In this document: positions 1 to 8,487 of the stretch, piece after piece
Layout of the letters: the number at the start of each line of letters is the position of its first letter
Position numbering within the stretch: the stretch's first letter is position 1
Origin: Candidatus Micrarchaeota archaeon
GTDB lineage: Archaea; Micrarchaeota; Micrarchaeia; Anstonellales; Bilamarchaeaceae
Direction: 5' to 3'
NCBI GenBank assembly: GCA_018812715.1
Contig: JAHJCT010000011.1
Location: 114,614 to 178,613, forward strand
Length of the DNA: 64,000 nt
The notes under the pieces: generated by a model
Told to the model about the DNA's origin: nothing
The model's input: the letters and a program-made list of their open reading frames with translations, nothing else
Database searches by the model: none
Translations under genes and position numbers: made by a program

Positions 1-366
1 CAAAGAATAAAACGGCTAGAAAAATCCAAGATTGTGCGCAAGTATCATGCTGATGTCGACTATAAAGCACTCGGATATGATATGCATGCAATGGTAATGA
101 TTAAAATAAAGAAAAGTGGGCTTGAAGATGAACATCTTATGGATGCTGTCGCAAAAGTTCCTGAGATTGTAGCACTTTATGCAGTAAGTGGCGCTGCAGA
201 TGTCGTGGCAATAGTAAAAGCAAAAAACAGAGATGATCTTGTTCGTATTCTTAGTTATATCCAATCTCAAAAGTCGGTATTAAGAACTACTAGTTATCTC
301 GTACTTGTTACATACAAAGAATCCTATCAGTTTAATCCACTTGTTCCAGGCCCAACAAAAAGCTAA
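1..366 (+). CDS. Lrp/AsnC family transcriptional regulator (5' truncated by window edge)
   Basis: Reading frame is open from nt 1. Translation ...QRIKRLEKSKIVRKYHADVDYKALGYDMHAMVMIKIK... parallels the complete Lrp paralogs at 4669 and 5158 (HTH end followed by RAM/ACT-like domain). TAA stop. Confidence 0.75.
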   Translation, partial: QRIKRLEKSKIVRKYHADVDYKALGYDMHAMVMIKIKKSGLEDEHLMDAVAKVPEIVALYAVSGAADVVAIVKAKNRDDLVRILSYIQSQKSVLRTTSYLVLVTYKESYQFNPLVPGPTKS

Positions 367-2006
367 CAACTTACTTTTCTATATAAATAGCCGTACATAC
401 CACTATCAAAACCATCAACTATCGTCTGTCTTAATGCACCTTCAAAAATAAGTGTTTTTGGTTTATGCGGCCCTATCAATAGATCACTAAAATGCCTTTT
501 TCTTGATGGCCATGAGGCATTTGCTGGCGGATCCCATTCATCAATAACTAACAATGATCCACCTCTTTTCAAGTGTTTTAATGCTTGGTTTATCATTTTT
601 CTACGTCTTTCTTCCTTCATTGTATGGAGTTTTTGCGCAAGAATTATCGTTCCGTACTTTTTTTGATGTAATCTCTTTCTGCTCGGATTAATCACAATAT
701 CTTCGCCAAATGGTATTAAGTTGACCCAATTCTGTCTTTCACCGTTCACTGGCACATAACCATTTCTAAAGGATTCATCCACCCTTTCAAATGCTTCAAT
801 AATTTTTCTAACAGCCATAGCTCTTGCTCTGTTTGCCGCATTAACACTAACTGAGTCATCCTCTACAATTTCGCCTCGAGTGCTTGGTAGTTTTCTTCCT
901 CTTCTCTCTGCTTTATCAGGATCTTTACGATAAATAAGCAGATACATAGAATGTTTAGCATCAATTCTTGCCTTTAATTCTGCTACAAATCGTGCCTCTG
1001 GGATTCTCTTAATTATTTTATCTCTTAGGGGATTACGATCATTACCAATAGGTCTGAATATCTCCCTGAACATTCTGCTTATTATCATTGCCATTGGACT
1101 TGTATGCTGTTCAGAAAGCTTAGCAGGCCATTCATCTATCAGTACGAAATAGCCATTCCATGCAAGATCTCTAAATATTCTTTCTATAACTTCTGCTTTT
1201 ATCTGCTCATGTTCTGGATTTTCCATAACCCCGTCAGGGTCTTTTTCAAGTTTGATTAGTTCCGGATCTGCAATTAGATGAAGTGTTTGTGATAAAATAG
1301 AAGTATCAACAGGTTCAATTACTGCTGCTTCTCTTAGGTCATAAGAAGTATATTCAACATCGCAAAGTCCTTCTAATTTCCTTCTTGCTATGCCTTTCAT
1401 CCGTGGAGAAAGGTCATTTAGTGTTATCCTAATTTTAGCAATTTCTTCTGGATCCATATTGTCACAAAGTAATTTTATCACAGTTCCAGTACCGCCACTC
1501 TCTTCTCTTATTGAATCTCCTAGTATTGGTTTTGTATCACTACCAAATCCAAGTCTGCGCAACTCCACAAGTTGTTTAATTAGATTATCTACTGCTTTTT
1601 CATGGCCAGTTGTTCTCATGTGGTCGTCATAGCTCTCTGCCCATGTCTCAAATAGGTTTGTAATCGCTCTTTTAGGATTATCTTCTCTTTCTATCACAGT
1701 GCTGATTCTATCTACTAATGTAAGAATTGCCCTATTGCGAACCTCTTCTGGCAGTTGTACTGCTTTATCAAAATATCCAAGAAGCATAACAAGATTTTCG
1801 AGACTATTCCCGCCCATTTCACTGAGAATTTCATTTACTAATCTTCCATATTCTCTTTCCAAAACAACCTGGGCTTCGGATACTTCCGCAAGGTTTTCTG
1901 CTACTTTGCCTATGTTCTCATTATGATCTATTAATGGTGAGTTCATCCCATTCATCCGATTTCGCGGCGGCGTCACAGTTGCAACAGTGCCTCTAGGTCC
2001 CTGCAT
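363..2006 (-). CDS. hypothetical 547-aa protein with methyltransferase-like N-terminal region (paralog of 5618..6571 and 32917..34014)
   Basis: Shares the motif block ...W/FAESYDDHMRTTGHEKAV... followed by a degenerate GxGTG stretch with the two clearer SAM-MTase ORFs. Long C-terminal extension has repeated LIDEW(P/D) segments. No family recognised beyond this. Confidence 0.35.
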   Translation of the reverse strand: MQGPRGTVATVTPPRNRMNGMNSPLIDHNENIGKVAENLAEVSEAQVVLEREYGRLVNEILSEMGGNSLENLVMLLGYFDKAVQLPEEVRNRAILTLVDRISTVIEREDNPKRAITNLFETWAESYDDHMRTTGHEKAVDNLIKQLVELRRLGFGSDTKPILGDSIREESGGTGTVIKLLCDNMDPEEIAKIRITLNDLSPRMKGIARRKLEGLCDVEYTSYDLREAAVIEPVDTSILSQTLHLIADPELIKLEKDPDGVMENPEHEQIKAEVIERIFRDLAWNGYFVLIDEWPAKLSEQHTSPMAMIISRMFREIFRPIGNDRNPLRDKIIKRIPEARFVAELKARIDAKHSMYLLIYRKDPDKAERRGRKLPSTRGEIVEDDSVSVNAANRARAMAVRKIIEAFERVDESFRNGYVPVNGERQNWVNLIPFGEDIVINPSRKRLHQKKYGTIILAQKLHTMKEERRRKMINQALKHLKRGGSLLVIDEWDPPANASWPSRKRHFSDLLIGPHKPKTLIFEGALRQTIVDGFDSGMYGYLYRKVSC

Positions 2007-2164
2007 TACTGTACGCCCTAATTTTTTTGAACTTTGTATATTCCCACCCGTTCGAAACAGCCTTTACATTACTAGTGATACTAAATAGTATTTTCTTTCA
2101 AACATATTTAAAAGTAATGTTTTAGTTGATGGACGTTTAACGTAATGTGTTTAATTGATGTGGT

Positions 2165-2359
2165 TTAAGTTCTAGGATATCTAAGTAATCTTTCTACTAA
2201 ATCAACATGTGAAAGAAACATTCTCCTGCAACAAAATCTTTCAAGACCCAGTCCATCTAGTACTACATCTGGTTTCTTCTCTTTTGTCTCTTCTTTATAC
2301 TGTTCGTAAAGATGCCCTATCACAGTTCCACACGTAAAACATCTGATTGGAAATTCCAT
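2165..2359 (-). CDS. rpoN: DNA-directed RNA polymerase subunit N (Rpo10/RpoN)
   Basis: 64 aa, MEFPIRCFTCGTV..YEQY...LGLERFCCRRMFLSHVDLVERLL matches the conserved CxxC...CC zinc motif of archaeal RpoN/Rpb10. Sits downstream of S9 as in the conserved archaeal operon. Confidence 0.9.
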   Translation of the reverse strand: MEFPIRCFTCGTVIGHLYEQYKEETKEKKPDVVLDGLGLERFCCRRMFLSHVDLVERLLRYPRT

Positions 2360-2365
2360 AAAACA

Positions 2366-2824
2366 TCACCTGTAGGATTTTTGGTATCTTGCTCTTGCCT
2401 TTGGACCGCGATACTTCTTTGATTCAACACGTCTTATATCTTCCACAACGAGGGATCTGTCTATTTCAATGAATTTTTCTCTTAACTTTAATTCTTTGAA
2501 GTATACAACTAATGCATTTGCTATTGCTGTTCTGACAGCCTGTGTTTGTCCCATAACTCCGCCGCCATTAACTTTCACAGAAATATCAACATTATTAGCT
2601 TCTGGACCAACATATCCTAATGGTTCTTTGATCAGTTCTCTTATGTAATTGTTATTCAGGGCTTCCACATTAATACTGTTTACTCTTACAATGCCCTTTC
2701 CTTTTTTTATTGTGGCTCTTGCTATACTTTCTTTTCTTTTTCCTCTTACAACAAATGAAATAGTTTCTTTTTTTGTTTTCTTTGGTTTTTTCTCCGTTGT
2801 TTTCTTCGTTTTTCTACCCGCCAT
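2366..2824 (-). CDS. rps9: 30S ribosomal protein S9 (uS9) with Lys-rich N-terminal extension
   Basis: C-terminal ...GGGVMGQTQAVRTAIANALV...RRVESKKYRGPKARARYQKSYR is the uS9 signature. ORF extends to 2857, but the start at the internal ATG (2822-2824) avoids overlap with L13. Confidence 0.85.
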   Translation of the reverse strand: MAGRKTKKTTEKKPKKTKKETISFVVRGKRKESIARATIKKGKGIVRVNSINVEALNNNYIRELIKEPLGYVGPEANNVDISVKVNGGGVMGQTQAVRTAIANALVVYFKELKLREKFIEIDRSLVVEDIRRVESKKYRGPKARARYQKSYR

Positions 2825-2829
2825 ACACA

Positions 2830-3246
2830 TCAACCTGAATAACCTATATTTTTGCAAAGATCATAAACTGTTATATGTTTTGATATTCCGTCAAAAGATG
2901 CATTTTCAAGCTTTAAATTTTGCTGAAGGTTTTTTGGATTTCCTGTATATACCCTTAATCTCTTTAATGCCTTTTCTCCTCTCGTGCTCTTTTTTGGGAG
3001 CATGCCTCTTATCATTCTTTTAACAAGTAAATGGGGCATTCTTGACCACTTCGGAGAGTACTCTGGCGTTGCCTTATTTTTCAAACGTCTTTTTATCAAA
3101 AGTCTTTCACTGATCTGTTTAGGATTTCCGATCAGCACAATTTTTTCTGCATTAATCAGACTCACTTCTTCCCCAAGAATCAGCTTCTTTGCTATCTGGC
3201 TTGACATTCTTCCAAAAATCAGATCAGTTCCATCTACAACTATCAT
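2830..3246 (-). CDS. rpl13: 50S ribosomal protein L13 (uL13)
   Basis: MIVVDGTDLIFGRMSSQIAKKLILGEEVSLINAEKIVLIGNPK... matches the uL13 N-terminus. Track ORF extends to 3255; internal Met chosen as start. Confidence 0.85.
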   Translation of the reverse strand: MIVVDGTDLIFGRMSSQIAKKLILGEEVSLINAEKIVLIGNPKQISERLLIKRRLKNKATPEYSPKWSRMPHLLVKRMIRGMLPKKSTRGEKALKRLRVYTGNPKNLQQNLKLENASFDGISKHITVYDLCKNIGYSG

Positions 3247-3251
3247 GAGCA

Positions 3252-3596
3252 TCACTTCACAATCATTACATCTCTGCCTTCTGGATTGGATTTATGAAGG
3301 TTTTCAATACTTATTGCCTTTCCACCGGCTGCTGTTATCAGTTTTTTTGCACTTTCACTAAATGCAAATGCTGCTATTGTCATTTTTTTAGACAACATCC
3401 CTGAACCTAAAACTTTCCCAGGTATGACTATTGTCGAGTCTTCTGCTCCATAAACTTCGATCTTGCTCAGATTTACCTCGACCTTTTTTCTTCTGGGTCT
3501 TGATAGCTCATAGGCTACTTTTCTCCAAAATGGTTTCTTGTTCTTCATCAACTCAGTTATAAGTGTCTGAAGAATTTGATTATCTTTCTTCTTCAT
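3252..3596 (-). CDS. rpl18e: 50S ribosomal protein L18e (eL18)
   Basis: 114 aa basic protein, ...RPRRKKVEVNLSKIEVYGAEDSTIVIPGKVLGSG... typical of archaeal L18e. First gene of the L18e-L13-S9-RpoN block. Confidence 0.8.
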   Translation of the reverse strand: MKKKDNQILQTLITELMKNKKPFWRKVAYELSRPRRKKVEVNLSKIEVYGAEDSTIVIPGKVLGSGMLSKKMTIAAFAFSESAKKLITAAGGKAISIENLHKSNPEGRDVMIVK

Positions 3597-3682
3597 AGTT
3601 CGCCACCCAGGCTCGCCCTCTTTCTGAGGACTATTTAGAATTGGGTGTTAATTATAGAAGAAGTAAAGTTTAAAAAGTCATC

Positions 3683-4525
3683 TCAGAGAGCTGCGAGGAG
3701 CAATCCAAGCATACCAAGCAGAAAAGCAATCAAGCTCATGTTCCTTGCAAATTTGAATGCTCTTTTTGTTAGTATCTTGTAACAGATCACAGCTATTAGC
3801 CCATCTGCAGCTACTATGAGAACCAATGATATCGAACTTGCACACAAACCAAATGAGAATGGCAATATGCTAAGAGGTATAAATAAGAGGTAAAGTCCTA
3901 TTGCAACCAAAAGTGATGGCCTTTCTCCGATAACTATTGGAAGTGTTTTTGATTTTCTTGCTTTCATATCGCCTTTCATGTCCTGAACAGATTTGATTAT
4001 CTCTCGTGCCAAGCCTGCCACAAATCCTAAGACTGCAAGAACTAATACAACGACTGAAAGATCTCCAGATACAACAAAATTACCGAATATAAAAGGAATC
4101 GCCATTGTCAATGCAATATATATATTTCCAACTAATGGCATATCCTTGAGTTTCCAGTTGTACGTCACAGCAGCAATATTAAAGAACAAGGCAATGACAA
4201 AAGCGATATTATTTATGAAATAAGCCAAAACAGTTGATAGTACTAACATTAGTATGGAGAAACGAAATGCAAATGCAGGACTTATTGTTCCTTTAACTAA
4301 TGGCCTATTTTTCTTATTGAGTTTATCAGTTTCAATATCAAAATAATCATTCAATGCAAAAGAGCCCATTTCACTGAACATTGGAACCAATAGAGAAAGT
4401 ATGATGTAGTATTCAAGCGGCGGTAGCGTTCCTAAAGTTATTATCTCTGCTACCAACACAGCCAGAGCCAGCAGTACTGCATGTTCAAATCTAGTTAACT
4501 TTAACACTTCCATCATACCAATCAA
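3683..4525 (-). CDS. UbiA-family membrane prenyltransferase (DGGGP synthase-like)
   Basis: Polytopic membrane protein with NDYFDIETDKLNKKNRPL, the UbiA Asp-rich NDxxDxxxD motif. 280 aa fits archaeal digeranylgeranylglyceryl phosphate synthase size, but the specific substrate is not determinable. Confidence 0.6.
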   Translation of the reverse strand: MIGMMEVLKLTRFEHAVLLALAVLVAEIITLGTLPPLEYYIILSLLVPMFSEMGSFALNDYFDIETDKLNKKNRPLVKGTISPAFAFRFSILMLVLSTVLAYFINNIAFVIALFFNIAAVTYNWKLKDMPLVGNIYIALTMAIPFIFGNFVVSGDLSVVVLVLAVLGFVAGLAREIIKSVQDMKGDMKARKSKTLPIVIGERPSLLVAIGLYLLFIPLSILPFSFGLCASSISLVLIVAADGLIAVICYKILTKRAFKFARNMSLIAFLLGMLGLLLAAL

Positions 4526-4668
4526 ATTTACTCTTGAATTTAAAATATTTTTTGTTTGTTAAAATCTCACGTTTTATCATAAATTCTGTACAAATTACAC
4601 AAAATTAACTACTTCTGCGCACTAAAGGAACATGATATTATATCCTTTACGGTTCATTATCTTAATAT

Positions 4669-5148
4669 ATGAGAGGCAAAATTTTGAAACTTCCATGGGA
4701 GTTAGATCCATTAGACATGTCAATACTTTTTCATCTTAGAACAAATTCCAAAACACCAATCAAGAAAATGGCAAAAGATCTTGGCATGCATCCGAACACC
4801 CTCATCCAGAGAATAAAAAAAATGGAAAAGGAAGGCGTGATAAAGAAATATTCTGCTGATATTGATTATACTAAGGCTGGTTTTGATCTGCATTTGATGG
4901 TTCTGATAAAAGTAAAAAGAGGCCGTGTTGCTTTAGACCAGCTCAAAGAATTAACAAGAATTGCTGAAATAGAATCAATCTATGCAACCACTGGTCTTTG
5001 GGATGCAGTTGCAATGTGCAGGGTAAGGAACCGCGAACATCTTCTTGGTGTTATAGAGAAAATAGGCGACCATCCCATTGTGCTGAAGACCTCCAGCTCT
5101 ATTGTTCTCTATTGCTACAAATCTAATGATGATTATAATCCATTCTGA
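4669..5148 (+). CDS. Lrp/AsnC family transcriptional regulator
   Basis: 159 aa with HTH (TPIKKMAKDLGMHPNTLIQRIKKMEKEGVIKKYSA) plus C-terminal RAM-like domain. Confidence 0.85.
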   Translation: MRGKILKLPWELDPLDMSILFHLRTNSKTPIKKMAKDLGMHPNTLIQRIKKMEKEGVIKKYSADIDYTKAGFDLHLMVLIKVKRGRVALDQLKELTRIAEIESIYATTGLWDAVAMCRVRNREHLLGVIEKIGDHPIVLKTSSSIVLYCYKSNDDYNPF

Positions 5149-5157
5149 GGTGTTAGA

Positions 5158-5631
5158 ATGAAAATTGATGGAATAGATAAAAAGATTCTTGCCCAGCTTG
5201 TGGAAAATTCTAAAATTATGTCAAAAAAATTATCCAGAAAATTAAGGATACACCCAAATACACTTTTGCAAAGGCTGAAGAAGCTGGAGAAGGAAGGCGT
5301 TCTTGTAAAATATTCGGCAGTAGTTGATTATAGTAAATTTGATAAGCGGCTTCAGGCAATCATTTTCCTTAATATAGAGATGATGAAGGACTGGGAAACT
5401 ATCCTCAGACCATTATCCAAACTTCCAGAAGTCGTTTCTTTTATTCTAGTAACTGGGGAGCATGATGTACTTCTTATTGCCAGACTTAAGGATGAAACAC
5501 ATCTTGCCAATTTCCTGAGAAGATTGCAGACTAACAAGGTTGTGACAAAAACAACAACCCATTTAATTCTCGATTACTACAAACAACCTTACGAGTATAA
5601 TCCTATTGGTGAAGAACTTAGATTTTCCTGA
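5158..5631 (+). CDS. Lrp/AsnC family transcriptional regulator (tandem paralog)
   Basis: 157 aa, KLSRKLRIHPNTLLQRLKKLEKEGVLVKYSAVVDY... 9 nt downstream of the previous Lrp gene. Confidence 0.85.
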   Translation: MKIDGIDKKILAQLVENSKIMSKKLSRKLRIHPNTLLQRLKKLEKEGVLVKYSAVVDYSKFDKRLQAIIFLNIEMMKDWETILRPLSKLPEVVSFILVTGEHDVLLIARLKDETHLANFLRRLQTNKVVTKTTTHLILDYYKQPYEYNPIGEELRFS

Positions 5632-6571
5632 AAAGATGCAGTCTCATTACATGCTCAGAATCGATTGGATAGACTGCCCGTTCTTCTAATCTTTCGAATC
5701 CATTTGTTGTAAATAGGCCACTTAATTTAGCCCTATGTTTTATAGGAGCAGCAACCGACCTTATAAACAAACTTATTGGTTCTATATGCGGTGTTGGAGA
5801 AATCCTAAATGGATCTTCTTCCATTACAACTGCAATTCCCCCATGTGCAAGTGCATTTCTAATGGCCCTAACCATCATTACCTTATCCTCATCTGGGATA
5901 AGATGGAAAGTCTGTGAACAAATAACAGTACGGAAACATGGGTATTCATCTGGAAGGGCATAGGCACTGTAATCTGTAAATGTAACTCCGTTGCCTCTTA
6001 GTTTTTCCCTTGCCTTTTCAAGCATTTTTGAAGATATTTCATTTGCATAAATCTTTCCATTGGAAACCTCGGGAAGTGCAAAGAGTAAGGATCCAAATTT
6101 CCTTTGCATGACTTCTGATTCTCGCATCATGTCAGCAGTTGCCATGAAGTCCATCACATATCTAATTACTTCACCTGTTCCTGCAGTTATGTCCAGGATT
6201 GGCGTTCTGAGATGCGGACCAGCATAAAACAATACATTTTTGATGGCTTCATAATGGCCTGTTGCAATCATATGTTCGTCATAAGTTTCTGCAAATGCAT
6301 TATATAGCATGGTGAAGAATTTTTCTCTTTGTGCTAATGAAAATCTTGAATATGTGCCACGTATAAAATTCTCCATTTGTTCTAAATCAGTACGTTGTCT
6401 CACTTTTTCTCTCGCAAACTCATTCACAAGACCAAAAAATCTCTCGAGGGAAATTTCGCTTTGTTTTTCTGCAATCGAAATTAATTGTCCGAGAGGTCCG
6501 CTTGGTTCTATAATTTTATTAGGAAATTTACACGTTCCCCCAGTAGGTCCATTCTTCTCCCTCCTCCTCAT
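5618..6571 (-). CDS. class I SAM-dependent methyltransferase
   Basis: Motif I LDITAGTGEVIRYVMD, post-I acidic residue, motif ...ALAHGGIAVVME. N-terminal block AETYDEHMIATGHYEAIKNV resembles UbiE-type YDxMN..GxH region. Paralogous to 363..2006 and 32917..34014. Confidence 0.7.
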   Translation of the reverse strand: MRRREKNGPTGGTCKFPNKIIEPSGPLGQLISIAEKQSEISLERFFGLVNEFAREKVRQRTDLEQMENFIRGTYSRFSLAQREKFFTMLYNAFAETYDEHMIATGHYEAIKNVLFYAGPHLRTPILDITAGTGEVIRYVMDFMATADMMRESEVMQRKFGSLLFALPEVSNGKIYANEISSKMLEKAREKLRGNGVTFTDYSAYALPDEYPCFRTVICSQTFHLIPDEDKVMMVRAIRNALAHGGIAVVMEEDPFRISPTPHIEPISLFIRSVAAPIKHRAKLSGLFTTNGFERLEERAVYPIDSEHVMRLHLFRKI

Positions 6572-6676
6572 GAAAAGTAATTGTGGTGAAATGTTTATTT
6601 ATCTGCCTTAAAACCTACAAAAGCCCGCGACGTTTCAATCCTCTTAAACTATAAATCTATTTTTCTATTTCCTATT

Positions 6677-7609
6677 ATGCCCTATAAAGTTGAACTTATC
6701 TCCCAACAAACAAAAGAAAAATTAATGGAAAAACATTACTCATCAGATTTATTTGAAAGAAAAGCTGCCATCCATGGAACATGCGTCAAACTCTTTACTG
6801 ATTCCAAAAATTTCAAGGAAATGTGGGAAGACAATTTTGAACCAATGCCAGAATGGATAAGGCCTCATGCAAGACTGTTTTCCATTTCCGGTCAAAAGTT
6901 GCGGATAAGATATGAACCTCTTTCAAAAACAGCAATTGTTGAAGGCTGCGACTATTACGGCTGGATAAAGAGCATAGCACTTGCAATTGTTGCCGATTTT
7001 ATGGAAGATTTCACCTCAGAACACAGAAGATATTCAGTGCATGGTTCTTTTGTTGATTGTGGTGGAAAGGGCATGGCAATCATAGGTCCGTCAGGCAGTG
7101 GAAAAACCACTCTCACATATGGCCTTTTGCGCAAAAGAAACTGCCACTTTCTTACTGATGACTGGTTTTTTGTAAGACTAATAGACGATGTTCTTGTTTA
7201 TTCCTCAGAAAGAAATTCATACATACGAGGTAATTTATGTGAGGATTGGCCAGAATACAGAGAAAAACTCAAAGGCATCAAAAAAGATTCAAAAGGCAGG
7301 GCAATTGTAGATGTAAAAAGATTTTTTGGTGAATCCAGGATAAGAAAAACATCCACATTGAGTACTATTGTTCTTCTTACCCGCAATAAGAAACTTCCAC
7401 CAATATCAAAACTCACAAAACAAAAGGCACTAGAATTCATGCTAAAAAACGATTTCTGCAATCCTCATCAATTGGTAAGATCAAAAGAAAAGATGAACAA
7501 GAGGAAACAATTCTTTACAGAATTTTTCAATAAAGCACCAATATATCTACTAAACACAATTGAAACTCCCCATGAAAGCCTGGAACGATTAGAAAAAATC
7601 ATCTCTTGA
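6677..7609 (+). CDS. HprK-like P-loop kinase family protein
   Basis: VHGSFVDCGGKGMAIIGPSGSGKTTLTYGLLRKRNCHFLTDDWFFV follows the HPr kinase C-domain pattern hHG..v...G.G.li.G.SG.GK(S/T)..a..L...g..l.aDD. Specific substrate unknown. Confidence 0.5.
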   Translation: MPYKVELISQQTKEKLMEKHYSSDLFERKAAIHGTCVKLFTDSKNFKEMWEDNFEPMPEWIRPHARLFSISGQKLRIRYEPLSKTAIVEGCDYYGWIKSIALAIVADFMEDFTSEHRRYSVHGSFVDCGGKGMAIIGPSGSGKTTLTYGLLRKRNCHFLTDDWFFVRLIDDVLVYSSERNSYIRGNLCEDWPEYREKLKGIKKDSKGRAIVDVKRFFGESRIRKTSTLSTIVLLTRNKKLPPISKLTKQKALEFMLKNDFCNPHQLVRSKEKMNKRKQFFTEFFNKAPIYLLNTIETPHESLERLEKIIS

Positions 7610-8444
7610 TCCAGAACTGGCCCATCATTGTATATGCTAATTTTGCTGCTGTGTATTCACTTATAGGCAATGGGGGGACAGGAAGCGCCTCAACAATATC
7701 AAAGCCAACAACATTCTTTTTTGAAACTGCTTTCATTAGAGAAACAACATCATACCATGAAAGCCCCCCTGGTTCAGGTGTTCCAGTTCCAGGAACAACA
7801 GAAGGGTCAAATCCATCAACATCTACACTAACATAAACATTCTCTCCAAGCTGTGAAACAATTTTCTTTATGTCCAATTTCTCATAAGCATAATGTATTT
7901 TTTTCTCCAATCCATTTTGCTTAATGTAATCCGCTTCTTCATCACACATTGATCTTATTCCAACCTGCACTACATCATCTGTAATCTCACGGACTCTCCT
8001 CATTGCACATCCATGACTATATTTGGTCCCTTGATATGAATTCCTAAGATCAGTATGTGCATCTATCTGCAATACAGAAACAGGAGAATCCAATCCGGCA
8101 ACAACCCCAGCAGTAATGGTGTGTTCTCCTCCAAAAACTACTGGTTTTTTCCCAGCTTTAACTATCTTTCTAACAGCTTCTTCAACTACCTTAACCATTT
8201 CTTCAGGTTTCTTCTCAGCAACTGGCAATTCTTCAGCAGTATGAATTTTCAATTTATCACAAATATTTATTCCTAATTCTATGTCATATGCTTCAAGATA
8301 GTTGCTAGCTTCAATAATTGCTGCAGGCCCTAAACGTGTACCAGAGATATAAGAAACTGTTGAATCATAAGGAACTGGCAGAACAACAATTTCTGCTTCT
8401 TCAAATAATGCATCTGATCTGAGAAATGACATATTATGGTTCAC
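7599..8444 (-). CDS. speB: agmatinase / arginase-family ureohydrolase
   Basis: GGEHTIT, DAHTD and SVDVDGFDPSVVPGTGTPEPGGL manganese-binding motifs of the arginase/agmatinase fold. 281 aa. Confidence 0.85.
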   Translation of the reverse strand: MNHNMSFLRSDALFEEAEIVVLPVPYDSTVSYISGTRLGPAAIIEASNYLEAYDIELGINICDKLKIHTAEELPVAEKKPEEMVKVVEEAVRKIVKAGKKPVVFGGEHTITAGVVAGLDSPVSVLQIDAHTDLRNSYQGTKYSHGCAMRRVREITDDVVQVGIRSMCDEEADYIKQNGLEKKIHYAYEKLDIKKIVSQLGENVYVSVDVDGFDPSVVPGTGTPEPGGLSWYDVVSLMKAVSKKNVVGFDIVEALPVPPLPISEYTAAKLAYTMMGQFWIKR

Positions 8445-8487
8445 TAGGTATCTACTTTTTATTTATTTCCCCGCCTTTAATAAAAAC

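Noticed and set aside
2007-2164. Possible tRNA-like element because of ...ACCCGTTCGAAACAGCC...
   Set aside because: No acceptor, D or anticodon stems can be built around it. More likely promoter or leader DNA for the ribosomal gene block.
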